Positions 56,176 through 64,000 of a stretch of DNA of 64,000 bases are shown piece after piece. This stretch comes from Candidatus Woesebacteria bacterium. GTDB taxonomy: Bacteria > Patescibacteriota > Microgenomatia > UBA8517. Where the stretch lies: the NCBI GenBank assembly GCA_016432525.1, contig CP066693.1, positions 30,017 through 94,016 of the forward strand. Direction: 5' to 3'. How positions within the stretch are numbered: position 1 is the stretch's first letter; every line of letters starts with the position of its first letter. A program made the position numbers and the translations under genes. The notes below the pieces were generated by a model that was not told the origin of the DNA, did not search any database, and saw only the letters and a list, made by a program, of their open reading frames with translations.

Positions 56176-56662
56176 CTATGATCTTTTTAATAACATCATT
56201 TATTTTACCAATTTCATCCTCTTTGAATTCTTCCAAAACATACTGCTCTCCTAAAGTTCGATTATTATCACGATTATCTACTCCAACTCTAACTCGCCAA
56301 AATTCTTTTGAATTTAAACTTTCCTCAATTGAGTAAATTCCATTATGAAGCTTAGGTCCCACCCCTTTTTGAATTTTTGTCTCCCCCAAAGACAAATCTA
56401 AATCATCATGGATTACCCAAAGATCGTTTAAATCTACCTTATAAAAATCCACGAGTTTTGAAACAGCTTCCCCTGAAGCGTTCATAAAAGTTTGTGGCTT
56501 CACCAAGATTACATCTCCAGATTGCAAAATTAGGCAGTTAAATTTTTTTTGAAATCCAAACTTGCCTCCATCGGCCAATGCATCCAAAACCATAAAACCA
56601 ACATTATGCCTGGTCTTTGAATATTTCTCTCCTGGATTTCCAAGTCCAACAATAACTTTCAT
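56147..56662 (-). CDS. pth: Peptidyl-tRNA hydrolase.
   Basis: MKVIVGLGNPGEKYSKTRHNVGFMVLD is the canonical Pth N-terminus. A catalytic His is present. Confidence 0.85.
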   Translation of the reverse strand: MKVIVGLGNPGEKYSKTRHNVGFMVLDALADGGKFGFQKKFNCLILQSGDVILVKPQTFMNASGEAVSKLVDFYKVDLNDLWVIHDDLDLSLGETKIQKGVGPKLHNGIYSIEESLNSKEFWRVRVGVDNRDNNRTLGEQYVLEEFKEDEIGKINDVIKKIIDDKRFFPHI

Positions 56663-56674
56663 ATAGAAAGTATT

Positions 56675-57001
56675 TTACACCTTAGGGAGGAGTTGTTTTG
56701 AAATTTTTCCAAAAAAAGGAACTTCCCACATTTGTCCTTGCATTGCTTTGTACATTAATACTAGCCAAAGAACAAATCCAAGTATCATTACAAGTGGTAT
56801 CAAAAATGCCAATATTACAGTCATTCCAAGTACAAAATCCACTATAAAAAGACCTACAAATGTAATTATTGATTGCATTGCATGAAAGCGGACAAATTTA
56901 TCCTTTTCCAAAACTAGAAATAAGACTCCAGTAACTGGCCCAAAAAGATAAGCCAATGCTCCTGCTGTTTCTTGTTTTAATCCTTTCGCAGATTTAGCCA
57001 T
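56675..57001 (-). CDS. Small membrane protein (DUF4870-like).
   Basis: Three transmembrane helices. LAYLFGPVTGVLFL…RFHAMQS motif. Confidence 0.4.
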   Translation of the reverse strand: MAKSAKGLKQETAGALAYLFGPVTGVLFLVLEKDKFVRFHAMQSIITFVGLFIVDFVLGMTVILAFLIPLVMILGFVLWLVLMYKAMQGQMWEVPFFGKISKQLLPKV

Positions 57002-57113
57002 TCATAATCACCCCGGTTCTTATATTAATCTTTCCAAAAAAGTAGGCTTTGGTCAATACCCACAAAAAAAACGCCCTTCAAGGTTGTATTCCCTCTCCAG
57101 GCGCAAGATAATG

Positions 57114-57632
57114 TTAATAAATTTGTTTTACTTTTCTTTCTTCTTCCTCCATCTGAGCAACCCGCCCTTTCTGGATATAAAGTATTGAGTTTGCTTGCGC
57201 AACCTCACCAGCCAACAAACCACATGCTGCTTTCTGCACTGAAATTGGATATTGCCAAAGCTCCTGTGTGCTTCTCCTGACTTTCTTACATGCCACCTTA
57301 AATTTCATCTTGGCTTCACTAGTTTTATCTCTCAGATACTCTTTATAAACAACATCTTCATCTAATTGCAATTGATAAAGTTGCTTTATCTTTCCTTGTA
57401 ATTCCTTAGCAAGTTGAGATTTCAAAAGTTCATATGCTTTTTTGCCCAACAATTCAAGACTGTTAAGCTTTTTCCTTTGCCTTCGTCTTGATATTTCGCG
57501 GATTCCATCCTCGAAAGTTGCATAAACCCCAAGTCTAATCGAAAGTGGCATTGAATAAAACTGTGTTAAATCCTGATCTGTTTCAATAAGCTTCAAAAAG
57601 AGATTTCCAGCTTCTTCAACCTGGTTTTGCAT
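57114..57632 (-). CDS. Hypothetical protein (172 aa), helical/charged.
   Basis: ORF only. Confidence 0.35.
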   Translation of the reverse strand: MQNQVEEAGNLFLKLIETDQDLTQFYSMPLSIRLGVYATFEDGIREISRRRQRKKLNSLELLGKKAYELLKSQLAKELQGKIKQLYQLQLDEDVVYKEYLRDKTSEAKMKFKVACKKVRRSTQELWQYPISVQKAACGLLAGEVAQANSILYIQKGRVAQMEEEERKVKQIY

Positions 57633-57693
57633 ATAACCTCCAAAACTAACCTGTCAAAGATATCAAGAAGTATATCAAAATATACCAACAAAT

Positions 57694-59391
57694 TCATCTT
57701 TTCTGAAGTTCAAAAAGATCCTTCAATTCTTTCAATGTAGTTGCCTCTTTAAAAGATTTGTCATCTCGAAAATTTACAAGTCTAGGGAAACGAAGCGCAT
57801 ACTCTGCTGTATGTTTAGTGCTTTTTGTAATATCATCGGCAGCCAACTCAACAATAAGTGATGAAGTAACCCAAAAATCCGGCTCTAAATCTTTATGAAC
57901 TTCATACTCTTTTGGTTTTTCTTTTACAAAAATCTTTTTAAGTCGCAAGTTTAGTTCCCTAAATTGCTCATCAGTTAGCCCCGTTCCTACTTTAGTTATA
58001 GTCTTAACAGTCTCTCCATCTCTAACTCCAACCAAAAATTGCCCCACCCCAAATTGGCTTCGTTTCCCTCGCCCTTGTGTATATCCCATCACAATTGCAT
58101 CAACTGTATCAGTAAGCTTCCCAGTTTTAGTCTCTGCCTCTTTCATCTTGACCCATCTGAAACCAGTTCTTCCTGGGACATAAGCACTTTCTGCCTTCTT
58201 AACAATTATCCCCTCAAGCCCACTTTTAAGTTTCTCCTCATATTCTCTCTCAATAACACTTGGATCCTCTGTTATTATATGCTCATCAACTTTTAATAAA
58301 TTCCCATTAATCACCGTGTCTGAAAGAATTTTTCTTCTTTCTATATAGTTTTTATCCATCAAACTCTCTCCATCCTTATACAAAATATCAAACACCTGAA
58401 ACCGAAGTGGAATCTTACTTTTAATATTTTCGATGTCGTGTTTTCTTCTTCTCTGCATTGTAGTTTGAAAATCTAAAAATTGTTTTTGCTTCTCATCCAT
58501 CCCAATAGCCTCGCTATCTAAAATAACGCTTTTAGCCTTTATATGTCTTTTAATCTCCAAAAGCTCCGGGAACATATAAGAAACGTCGTTTAAGTTTCGA
58601 GTGTATGCAAAAACATTATTCCCATTCATGTGAATCAAAACTCTTACACCATCAAACTTTGGCTCAACTGCAACTTTTCCCATTTTTTTGATCATCTCAG
58701 ATGGTGATTTCAATCTTTGAGCAAGCATTGGAGAAACCGGAATTCCAATAATTGGGGCAACATTTTTTGTGGCCTTTTCTACTCCTTTTTCTTTTATAGC
58801 CTTGGCCAAAAGCCCAATATCAGGCATAACTCTGTATGCTTTCTCGATTTGTGCTTTTAAGCTCTTATCTCCCTTCTCCATCCATGAAAGAGCATCAATC
58901 ATAGTTAGATCAGAAAATCCAAGCCTAAGCTTCCCCAAAAGAATTCTTACAACATATTTCGCACTTTGAGAATCCAAATCTTTTACAAGATCAGAAGTGA
59001 GGGTAATTTTTCTCTCTACACTTCCCTCTCCTCCAGCCTTCGCGATCTCACTCAATTTACCAAATACTTGAGAAACTGAAATTTTAGATGTTTTTCCTCT
59101 CAAAACATCAAAAGCAGTGTCTCCCAAATCACCATACTTCTTGTAAATTGTAACTATTTCGTGATTTTCTTTACCAGAAGCCTTGGCAATAACACTAATC
59201 ATATGTTTTTCTGCCAAATTAAAAACCACCTGTTTATAAGAAGGCGCAATTCCGCCCTGTAATAGATAACAAACTTGAGAAATCTCGCTCCCGCACTCTT
59301 TAAAGAGCTCTGACAAAATAATAGTCATTTCATTCCTTGAGGCAGTCAAGTCAAGTTTCTTTAAAAATTCAGAGAGTTTTCTAAATTCCAT
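57694..59391 (-). CDS. ATP-dependent DNA ligase.
   Basis: Adenylation motif I KFDGVR (EPKFDGVRVLIHMNG). Motifs III–V and an OB domain follow downstream. 565 aa. Confidence 0.8.
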   Translation of the reverse strand: MEFRKLSEFLKKLDLTASRNEMTIILSELFKECGSEISQVCYLLQGGIAPSYKQVVFNLAEKHMISVIAKASGKENHEIVTIYKKYGDLGDTAFDVLRGKTSKISVSQVFGKLSEIAKAGGEGSVERKITLTSDLVKDLDSQSAKYVVRILLGKLRLGFSDLTMIDALSWMEKGDKSLKAQIEKAYRVMPDIGLLAKAIKEKGVEKATKNVAPIIGIPVSPMLAQRLKSPSEMIKKMGKVAVEPKFDGVRVLIHMNGNNVFAYTRNLNDVSYMFPELLEIKRHIKAKSVILDSEAIGMDEKQKQFLDFQTTMQRRRKHDIENIKSKIPLRFQVFDILYKDGESLMDKNYIERRKILSDTVINGNLLKVDEHIITEDPSVIEREYEEKLKSGLEGIIVKKAESAYVPGRTGFRWVKMKEAETKTGKLTDTVDAIVMGYTQGRGKRSQFGVGQFLVGVRDGETVKTITKVGTGLTDEQFRELNLRLKKIFVKEKPKEYEVHKDLEPDFWVTSSLIVELAADDITKSTKHTAEYALRFPRLVNFRDDKSFKEATTLKELKDLFELQKR

Positions 59392-59393
59392 TA

Positions 59394-59603
59394 CTATATT
59401 CTAACCCTATGACTCAAGTACGAGGAAAAGAAAATATAAGTAAATGCAACTAAGGCTAGAAACAAAATCCCAAAAAACAAATTTAAAACCCCACCCCACT
59501 GGTGATGGGCAATACGAGAAAGTCCATCCCCTATTAAAGTCAATCCAAAAAGTGAAGGTAAAACTAAAATCATGTATAAAAATTGCGGATCATTAGGTAT
59601 CAT
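59394..59603 (-). CDS. Small membrane protein (69 aa).
   Basis: Two transmembrane helices; translationally coupled to the upstream Fic gene. Confidence 0.3.
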   Translation of the reverse strand: MIPNDPQFLYMILVLPSLFGLTLIGDGLSRIAHHQWGGVLNLFFGILFLALVAFTYIFFSSYLSHRVRI

Positions 59604-60667
59604 ACTTGGCTGGCAACAACATAGCGCGAGGCCTTTGTTGTTCCCTCTTTTTTTATTATACCGTGAGAAAGCAGGCTCTTCATATCCCTCAAAATAGTAT
59701 CCTCTGAAACCATCGGCAAAACTCCCTTCAAGTCTTTCATTACAGCTGATCCAGTATCAGTCAAATATTCAACAATTCTCATTTGTCTCTCCGAAAGTGA
59801 TACTTGTTCTCCAAGTTTCACTTTAAATTTAGTATCAATTGAAAGCTTCCTCACTCTTTCTTTGATTTTGACTACCTCTGTTGCCAAAACCTCAGTAAAA
59901 TACTCGATCCAAGCAGTTAAATCCCTTTCGGCTATATTTAAAGACTGATTATCAACTTTAGAAAAAGCTAAGTAGTAAGCCTCTAAATCATTATCAAAAT
60001 GTTCTTCAATCGAATAAAATTTCTTAATATCATATCCTTCACGAATTAAAACAAAGATAGTAAAAGCTCGAACAGTTCTGCCGTTTCCCTCGACAAATGG
60101 GTGAATACTAACTAGTATGTAATGAGCAATAGCTGCCCTAATTACAGGATGAACTTCGCGTCCTACTTCTGAATTAAACCATTCAAAAAATCCATCCAAC
60201 AAATAAGGTACCTCAACAAAAGATGGAGGTGTAAAAATTACTTTCCCTGTTCCTTCTTCTCGAATTATCACTTCACTAGTTCTTAAAACCCCAATTTTTT
60301 CAATTGGAATAATTCGGCTAACAGTTACTCTGTGGATATCCAAAAGATCATCTGTTGAATAAGTTCCTCTTTTATGTTTCAGTTCTTCAAGTAAATTGAT
60401 TACATTTCTATAGTTAATTACCTCTTGGATGTCCCTGGGTCTCCCAAATACCTCTTCGCCTTCCAAAACTCTTTTGGTCTGCAAAAGTGTAAGATCATTT
60501 CCTTCAATATGAGTTCCATGAAATACAGTACGAATTATGGCATCAGTTTGAAATTCCTTCTCAAACGAAGGGACAAGTGGAGCATTTTCAATAACTTCAC
60601 GTCCACCTTCAATTTGGCCAATGTTTTTAAGTATCTTATTTGTAATGACAAATCTTGGAGTATACAT
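59600..60667 (-). CDS. Fic/Doc-family protein (AMPylator-type) with a C-terminal winged-helix domain.
   Basis: Fic motif HPFVEGNGRTVRA (HPFx[DE]GNGR). Confidence 0.8.
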   Translation of the reverse strand: MYTPRFVITNKILKNIGQIEGGREVIENAPLVPSFEKEFQTDAIIRTVFHGTHIEGNDLTLLQTKRVLEGEEVFGRPRDIQEVINYRNVINLLEELKHKRGTYSTDDLLDIHRVTVSRIIPIEKIGVLRTSEVIIREEGTGKVIFTPPSFVEVPYLLDGFFEWFNSEVGREVHPVIRAAIAHYILVSIHPFVEGNGRTVRAFTIFVLIREGYDIKKFYSIEEHFDNDLEAYYLAFSKVDNQSLNIAERDLTAWIEYFTEVLATEVVKIKERVRKLSIDTKFKVKLGEQVSLSERQMRIVEYLTDTGSAVMKDLKGVLPMVSEDTILRDMKSLLSHGIIKKEGTTKASRYVVASQV

Positions 60668-60754
60668 TCAAAAAATTATCGCACAATTTCCGCAAATTTC
60701 AAGTTTAAATAAAAACTGGGGACCAGATTTTTGTTCTAATCCCCAGAAAAATAA

Positions 60755-61021
60755 CTACTTAATTCTCAATCTCCTTTCGTGCATCAAATCAACTTGCACC
60801 CTTGCAGCAGGATAAAAAACCGCTGTTCCTGCAAGAAGTAACGTTGCTCCCAAAAATCCATCCCCTTGTAACAAGAGTCCCACAGCAGCAAGGAAAAAGA
60901 CGATTGACAACACAAGGAACTTTTTGCGAACACCAGCTCTTATCTGGTACCACATCTCAAACTCCTTTTGTACTAAGTTAGTCGATAAAAAAATAATACC
61001 AGAATCAATACCAAAAAACAA
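60755..61021 (-). CDS. Small membrane protein (88 aa).
   Basis: Two transmembrane helices. Confidence 0.3.
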   Translation of the reverse strand: MFFGIDSGIIFLSTNLVQKEFEMWYQIRAGVRKKFLVLSIVFFLAAVGLLLQGDGFLGATLLLAGTAVFYPAARVQVDLMHERRLRIK

Positions 61022-61031
61022 ATTATAGGTT

Positions 61032-61901
61032 TTATTTCAAAAGAAAAGCCATAACAGAGGGAATACTATCAGCCAAATCATCACTATTATAAGAAATCCC
61101 AACTTTTTTATAAAGTTCATCAGCAGTAGTCTTTACTATATAAGAAGAAGCACAAGCAGACAAAAGTGAATCATTTTTAGTCAAAAGTGAAGCTGCAAGT
61201 CCAGCTAACACGTCCCCTGTTCCACCTTTGGTAAGCCCAGCATTTCCCCCATCAACCTCAACAACTTCATCTTTAAAATAAACAGAAGTTTTGGGTCCCT
61301 TCAAAACAATTACACATTTATATTTTTTGGAGGCATCTATTGGGTCCAAACTACCAAAAAGTATTTCATACTCCTTTTTGTTTGGAGTCAAAATTGAATT
61401 CTCTGGAATAAATTTAGGATCCATTGTTTGAAGCGATCCCGCATCAATTACCCATTTCTTGTCTGAAAATTTTGAAAGTAGGTCCTCGGTAGTTGATTTT
61501 GTAAGTTGGCACGCCTCATCACACTCTTCTGCCTTATGTCTATCTTTTTCCTTGTGATATCTCATAAAACCCGGTCCAATTAAAATAGCATCAGATTTCT
61601 TGATGTAATCTTCTATTTCATCCCAGTCAACCCAAATAAAAGAAGATAAATCAGCCTTTATGTAAGAAGTAATCTCTTGCATGCTCGATTCAGGTGAGCT
61701 AAAAAAAACCATATCAACAATTCTAGATGCAACGCGAAGCGACAAAAGCGGCGCTCCATGAAAAAGTTTTGATCCACCAATAATAGTTAATTGCCCATTC
61801 TGCTCACCATTCGAATTAACTGGAGGTTTATAAAGTTTTTGTAGATCGCTTTTTTCAAACTTTTTCATCTTAATCGTTCGGGGCCCCTCTTTGGGACCCA
61901 T
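61032..61901 (-). CDS. ADP/ATP-dependent NAD(P)H-hydrate dehydratase (YjeF C-terminal / carbohydrate-kinase-like domain).
   Basis: C-terminal GGNAGLTKGGTGDVLAGLAASLL (the GxGDxLxG signature). Confidence 0.7.
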   Translation of the reverse strand: MGPKEGPRTIKMKKFEKSDLQKLYKPPVNSNGEQNGQLTIIGGSKLFHGAPLLSLRVASRIVDMVFFSSPESSMQEITSYIKADLSSFIWVDWDEIEDYIKKSDAILIGPGFMRYHKEKDRHKAEECDEACQLTKSTTEDLLSKFSDKKWVIDAGSLQTMDPKFIPENSILTPNKKEYEILFGSLDPIDASKKYKCVIVLKGPKTSVYFKDEVVEVDGGNAGLTKGGTGDVLAGLAASLLTKNDSLLSACASSYIVKTTADELYKKVGISYNSDDLADSIPSVMAFLLK

Positions 61902-62103
61902 TAGTTACAGCCTGAAGTCTACTTACTCCACTTCTTTGAAGCCACTCCGGCACTTCTGGCTCTATTACTTCTTCTCCCTCTGGTTTTTGGCTTTCTTTTA
62001 CCGGCTCTTGTGCTTTAGCTGGCCACTCCCTTGGAGCTTTTGCCATTTCTATCTTTTCCTTTTCAGAAAAAAAAGATAGTTGTATAAGTCTGTCTTTCTT
62101 CAT
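61870..62103 (-). CDS. Hypothetical small acidic protein (77 aa).
   Basis: ORF only; overlaps the downstream gene's start by about 30 nt. Confidence 0.25.
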   Translation of the reverse strand: MKKDRLIQLSFFSEKEKIEMAKAPREWPAKAQEPVKESQKPEGEEVIEPEVPEWLQRSGVSRLQAVTNGSQRGAPND

Positions 62104-62112
62104 ACAGGTATA

Positions 62113-63132
62113 TTAACCCCCTAACTCTATCTTTTCAACTCCTTTAAACTCGGGCACATAATGCGGCTCAGATGTCGTAATAATTACTTGAAGTCCTGAT
62201 GAATTTTTCATAACCAATTCGCGGTGGGCTGAATCAAGTTCAGAAAATATATCATCTAAAAGTAAAGTTGGATTTTGAAAAGTCATAGATTTTACATAAG
62301 AAAGTTCGCAAAGTTTAATCCACAAAACTCCCATTCTTTGCTCTCCCCGAGAACCAAATATCGACAAATCCTTACCATCCTTTACAAATTTAAAATCATC
62401 TCTATGAGGTCCCACCAAAGTAGTACAAGCTGCAATTTCTTGGTTTTTATAAGTCTCAAGTCGTGCCTCACTTATTACACTTTTGTCGTATTCAAGGCTA
62501 AACACCTGACCATCCAAAGGAATATAATTATTTGCATATTCAATAAACTCCTCTCGCTTCTTCGTCAAAAAGTCTCCATTTTTAATAAGAAGTTGGTTCC
62601 AAAATAAAAGCTGCGAAGGCGAAACTCCTTCCTCTCTTATTCTAAAAAGCAGCTTGTTTCTATTCCTCACTCCTTTTTCATACGAAAGAAGGCATCTTCT
62701 ATACTCCCGGTCCACTTGTGATAAAACCATATCCAAAAAATTTCTTCTTAAAGAGGGTTGATGTGTCACCAAATCCAAATCCCAAGGCCCAAACAAAACT
62801 GCTTTAAAATTCCCAGAAAAATCAACTAAACGTTTATTGACTCCATTAACACGAAGTCGCTTCCTAAATTCAATCTTTGAAATCAAAACTTCCAAATCCA
62901 CATTAGTAGTTTTAGAGTCTATTCTTGCAAGATCCTCTCCTTCCTTTATCATTTCGTTTTCTTTAAAGGCTTTAAAACTTTTCCCCGTCGAAGTCAAATA
63001 AATTGCCTCCAAAATATTAGTTTTTCCAGACGCATTAGGAGCAATAATCACGGAAATCTCAGGGGAAAATTTAAACTGTTTCTTAGAAAAATTACGAAAG
63101 TTGAAAAGAAGTAAAGAATTGATCACGCCCAA
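62113..63132 (-). CDS. recF: DNA replication and repair protein RecF.
   Basis: Walker A IIAPNASGKTNILEAIYL and the SMC-like signature region. 339 aa. Confidence 0.85.
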   Translation of the reverse strand: MGVINSLLLFNFRNFSKKQFKFSPEISVIIAPNASGKTNILEAIYLTSTGKSFKAFKENEMIKEGEDLARIDSKTTNVDLEVLISKIEFRKRLRVNGVNKRLVDFSGNFKAVLFGPWDLDLVTHQPSLRRNFLDMVLSQVDREYRRCLLSYEKGVRNRNKLLFRIREEGVSPSQLLFWNQLLIKNGDFLTKKREEFIEYANNYIPLDGQVFSLEYDKSVISEARLETYKNQEIAACTTLVGPHRDDFKFVKDGKDLSIFGSRGEQRMGVLWIKLCELSYVKSMTFQNPTLLLDDIFSELDSAHRELVMKNSSGLQVIITTSEPHYVPEFKGVEKIELGG

Positions 63133-63203
63133 TTATAAAACAAAAAAAGCCCTGCAGCATTATTTAAACACCACAGGGCACACAAAAAATTTGGGATACA
63201 AAA

Positions 63204-63389
63204 TCAAAAGAGCGACTTACTTATCACAATATTGAACAAAAGAAGCGCAATTGATATGAGCAGCAAATTTTGTCCAAACTTTAACCCGATTCCAATCATG
63301 TCCATATCAGAGTCTCTCATAGCAGTAAAAGTAATTGCCAGACCTGCACTCCCCGAAGCAAGAGCTCCCATTAACAAAATGCTAGACAT
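63204..63389 (-). CDS. Small membrane protein (61 aa).
   Basis: Two hydrophobic helices. Confidence 0.25.
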   Translation of the reverse strand: MSSILLMGALASGSAGLAITFTAMRDSDMDMIGIGLKFGQNLLLISIALLLFNIVISKSLF

Positions 63390-63458
63390 TTTTCACCTCA
63401 AAGTGCTTTTAAATGATAAGCAATTATAAGATGTTTAAAATAAAACTTCAACTATGGG

Positions 63459-64000
63459 TTATTTCTGACACTTGGGGCAAAAGTATGTACCCCTCCCTCC
63501 TAAAGTAGTCTTAACTATTATTGTTCCACATCGTTTGCATTTAGTTTTCTGTTTCCCGTAAACCAAAGTGTGCATCTGGTATGACCCTTCTGAACCTTCC
63601 GGAGTAACAAACGAAAGCTCACTAGCTCCTCCATATTTCATTCCAGTCTCTAAAACTTTCAAAATTGCTTTATATAAATCTTTTTGCTCATCCTCATTCA
63701 AACTATTAGAAGTTCTGGAAGGTAGTATTTTTGATTCCCAAAGTGCATCGTTTGCATAAATGTTTCCAATTCCACCTATTTTTGATTGATCCATCAAAAC
63801 TACCTTTATTACTCTCTTTGTTTTAGAAATAATATTTTTGAATTCTTCTAAAGTTAGTTTTCCAAAAGGCTCAGGACCAAGTTTTTTAATAAAATCAAAA
63901 TCCACTACATCTTTTGTTTTAACAATCTTTATCCAGCCAAAACGCCTCACATCGTTGTAATACAAAATCCCGCCATGATCCAAATTAAAAATAACATGGG
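63459..64000 (-). CDS. mutM: Formamidopyrimidine-DNA glycosylase (Fpg/Nei family). The C-terminal part is present; the N-terminus lies beyond the window end.
   Basis: H2TH region and C-terminal zinc finger CKRCGTIIVKTTLGGRGTYFCPKCQ. The ORF is open to the window edge. Confidence 0.7.
   Translation of the reverse strand, partial: HVIFNLDHGGILYYNDVRRFGWIKIVKTKDVVDFDFIKKLGPEPFGKLTLEEFKNIISKTKRVIKVVLMDQSKIGGIGNIYANDALWESKILPSRTSNSLNEDEQKDLYKAILKVLETGMKYGGASELSFVTPEGSEGSYQMHTLVYGKQKTKCKRCGTIIVKTTLGGRGTYFCPKCQK

Overview
This looks like a low-GC genome, small-gene, intron-bearing locus of the kind seen in Candidate Phyla Radiation (CPR)/Patescibacteria-type bacteria. About one third of bases are G+C by eye. 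Most genes are on the minus strand.

Left part (1-19.7 kb), cell-envelope and housekeeping genes:
- A surface protein with Laminin-G (LamG) repeats, a Wzy/O-antigen-ligase-like protein with tetratricopeptide repeats (TPR), and a UbiA-like prenyltransferase.
- tRNA-Ala(CGC), a LysM-M23 peptidase, Rho, a 1188-aa polytopic membrane protein and a family-4 (GT4) glycosyltransferase.
- A sortase with a candidate substrate, RadA, and ribosomal protein S1.

Centre (19.7-30.2 kb), an rRNA locus on the minus strand in the order 16S, tRNA-Ile, tRNA-Ala, 23S, 5S:
- The 16S carries an intron of about 0.88 kb and the 23S one of about 0.83 kb, each encoding a single-motif LAGLIDADG homing endonuclease.
- The 16S is separated from tRNA-Ile by about 3.6 kb of opposite-strand protein-coding DNA, including a TraD/VirD4-like coupling ATPase.

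Right of the 16S:
- First comes a low-GC block of small hypothetical genes.
- Then a roughly 11-kb stretch with clearly higher GC (35.0-46.0 kb) looks like an integrative element. It carries an AbiEii-like nucleotidyltransferase, an alpha/beta hydrolase, a 2-hydroxyacid dehydrogenase, an XRE repressor, a terminase-small-subunit-like gene, a replication protein and a large serine recombinase whose 3' end overlaps tRNA-Gln.
- Next to it, between tRNA-Gln and tRNA-Lys/tRNA-Glu, is a five-gene operon with a ubiquitin-like beta-grasp protein, a minimal E1 (ThiF family), a JAB/JAMM peptidase, a 110-aa unknown and a 250-aa Gly-Gly-terminal protein. This resembles a Bil-type anti-phage ubiquitin-like conjugation system and is the most likely novel system in the window.
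- A second higher-GC three-gene islet of secreted or membrane proteins sits at 12.9-15.1 kb.

The right end (46-64 kb) is housekeeping: a SpoU-family methyltransferase, a DsbA/TrxB/TrxA redox cluster, an alpha-glucan cluster (GH15, GH57, GT5-like), Pth, an ATP-dependent DNA ligase, Fic, NAD(P)HX dehydratase, RecF and a partial Fpg. No CRISPR array was seen.
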